Of a DNA stretch of 64,000 nucleotides, positions 58,401 to 64,000 are shown in pieces; position 1 is the first letter of the stretch; each line of letters begins with the position of its first letter. Source of the DNA: the human T2T-CHM13v2.0 reference genome, Homo sapiens; NCBI RefSeq assembly GCF_009914755.1, contig NC_060930.1; one strand, given 5' to 3'. Under the pieces are notes generated by a model that was given only the letters and a program-made list of their open reading frames with translations, did not search any database and had not been told where the DNA came from. A program made the translations under genes and the position numbers.

Positions 58401-60499
58401 TTGGCCATTATCATACCTGTCAAGTTCACTGTTTGTTTTCCATTTCATTAGGTTCCTTTTCATACTTAGGGTCTCTGTTTGCATACCAGCATGTTTGTGT
58501 GTATTAGGAAAAGACATCCTTCCTCAAGCAGACAAATTGCTAATAGATGCTACCAGTGACTGGGAAAATTAGCAGAAGTCTCTTCATCTCGGGAGAAGCC
58601 ACTATAAGTAGAGCTTGCCTAGATTTCAGCCCCCACTTGCCTTTTGGCTGGGTATCCACGTGAACAACTGCACTATTATGTACAGTTTTTTTCCACTCAT
58701 CAAATTTATCACACATATGACTAGTAATGGGAACTTAATAAATAGTTGCATTTATTTCAATCTTTGTTAAATTAGGAGGAACTTTTTTAATCATAAAAAG
58801 AATAATGCCATAAATCTTTTTTTCCCCAAAGTAAAAGATCATCCTGATGATATAATGTTTATATTTCTGGCCAAATAAGAGCAGGAAAGCACAGGAGAAG
58901 GGAGGCAGAAATTAGACAATTTAGTGAATAGGGTTGTCATTGAAACTGTGGTCACGATGGGACCAATTTTCAATGGATTTTTGGCCCAAGCAGGTTGTGA
59001 AGTAAGGGTCTAATTTTTTCAAAAGCTGTTCTCATGCTCACACAAGCTTGTTTTAATACATCTCATTTAACTTCATGTTTTTCTTGGATGCTATATCAAA
59101 GTTGTTACATTTTCACACAATGGTGTAGTGCCAAGATGCGATTCTACGCATGGATCATGTGGTGTGTGCTTTCCCTGGAGCAACTGCATGATCCTGTCAC
59201 AGACATTGAAGAAAGAGTGCATCCCCTGGCTGGATTTCCTAAGCTCCTGGAATTTAGAATCTTAGCCAGTAGCCAGGGGCAAGCCATCTATGTTTATTAG
59301 GTTACTCTTTAGTATTCAGAATTTTACAAACAGTGCCTCTTTCGAAGTTGCATCAGTTCTCTCATTATGCCTTATGCACGTTAACATTTGCAAAAAGCAT
59401 TGCAGAAAATCAGGTGCTGTTGCTATACTTCTTACCATCTGTTGTGCAGTTATTTTTAGTTCTCTTCTTCATCAATCACCGTGGCTATGAGGGAAAAGGG
59501 ACTACAAGTGTTGCCCGACTGTGTTTATACTACCAGTGACTTCTGAGTCAGTTTTTCCTCTTTTTCATTTGAGACATCACACTGGGTTATGCCTGGCAAG
59601 TTTATTTTAGTGGAGAGATTATTTAATAGATTGGCATTAGATGAAATAGTTTATCATGATTCTGGTGAATAGACATAGACTAATAAGTTTGAGTATAGCT
59701 CACAGAAATAAGACTCATTCAATTTACTTGGATTCCCTTACTTACCACTGCTTTTGCCTGCCATTTCTGGGAATGTGGAAATTTCCTGGCAACTACTGTC
59801 CTTTTTGTAAAAATGCTAATAAGTAAAATAAGCACTGTTAGAAAATATATGACATGTAGTAACTGTTTTGGATAATTTAAAAGTGTATGGTATTTTCTGA
59901 GGTGAGGAGAGAACAAATCACATTTACAGTTCAGAAGAGTAAACTATTTCTCTATCCTTTAATGAAAGTGGAAACACTTTTTTATTCTTTTTGTGGTATA
60001 CTGATGGTCATTTACATTGAATAAAGATAGTTGCGCATTAACAGGGAAGTGTCAATTTGTGTGATCAGATGCATGATGGTCAAATCTCCACAAAGATGTG
60101 CATTACACTGGATCACGTTCTTCTATTCCTGAATGTCCACGAATCTTTCTAACCATTAGCATCACTGCCCTCACATAATCTTTACTGATCACAATTCATA
60201 GCACTTTTCGCTGTATTAATCATTGCCATAACTTGGTGTACACATTAGAAATGCCCATGGGGACTTACATTTGAGATGAAATTTTGAACTTCAGGCTCTC
60301 ATTATACTTGGACTGATAAGTACTATTTTATTGCGATGCATACTGCTGACAGTCTTTATACTCAAGCAATAAATGTTTGCTTTTAGAGTCATTCAATAAA
60401 TTTACTATTTCTTGGTGAGACTGCATTTACTCCATATCAAGCCAGTTTATAGAAATAGCCCCATATTTTATCTCCTGAAACCATGTGTTTCATTTAAAT

Positions 60500-63715
<3,216 letters not shown>

Positions 63716-63740
63716 ATGTCCGCCCCCCACCCCAACCGGC

Positions 63741-64000
63741 TTTTTTTTTTCTGTTTGAGATGGAGTCTCGCTCTTTTGCCCAGGCTGCTGGAGTTCAGTG
63801 GCACAATTTCAGCTCACTGTAACCTCCGCCTCCCAGGTTCAAGCAATTCCTGCCTCGGTCTTCGAAGTAGCTGGGATTACAGGCATGCGCCACCGTGCCT
63901 GGCTAAATTTTGTCTTTTTAGTACAGACGGGGTTTCTCCTTATTGGCCAGGCTGATCTCAAACTCCTGACCTTGGGTGATCTGCCCGCCTTGGCCTCCCA
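63741..64000 (-). mobile_element. Alu (AluS-type), runs off the window end
   Basis: T-tail then 'gagatggagtctcgctc...gatctgcccgccttggcctccca'. Confidence 0.95.

Noticed and set aside
59034-59539. Overlapping short ORFs in unique sequence
   Set aside because: No recognisable homology or convincing exon boundaries; more plausibly non-coding

Overview
This is AT-rich, repeat-dense primate (human-like, catarrhine) genomic DNA, either intronic or intergenic. No intact host protein-coding gene, RNA gene or CRISPR array is supportable; the recognisable ORFs are decayed L1, HERV-H and Alu fragments, and the rest look like chance ORFs. Main contents: a HERV-K(HML-2) solo LTR5 (3249-4245); an env-deleted ~5.7 kb HERV-H provirus on the minus strand whose 3' LTR has lost R-U5 (16178-21886); an MLT2A LTR with a perfect TSD; several L1s, including a 4.9 kb L1PA and a twin-primed inverted L1; Alus, MIR/MLT1 relics and nested DNA transposons. 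I did not find a new biological system. The most unusual observations are an apparently L1-retrotransposed, polyadenylated LTR8 copy, the poly(A)-less HERV-H, an exact 42-bp dispersed duplicate next to a perfect 28-bp palindrome, a 345-bp tandem duplication, a duplicated ISRE-like motif and candidate micro-exons. Subfamily names come from recalled consensus sequences and need RepeatMasker/Dfam confirmation; old-repeat boundaries are approximate.
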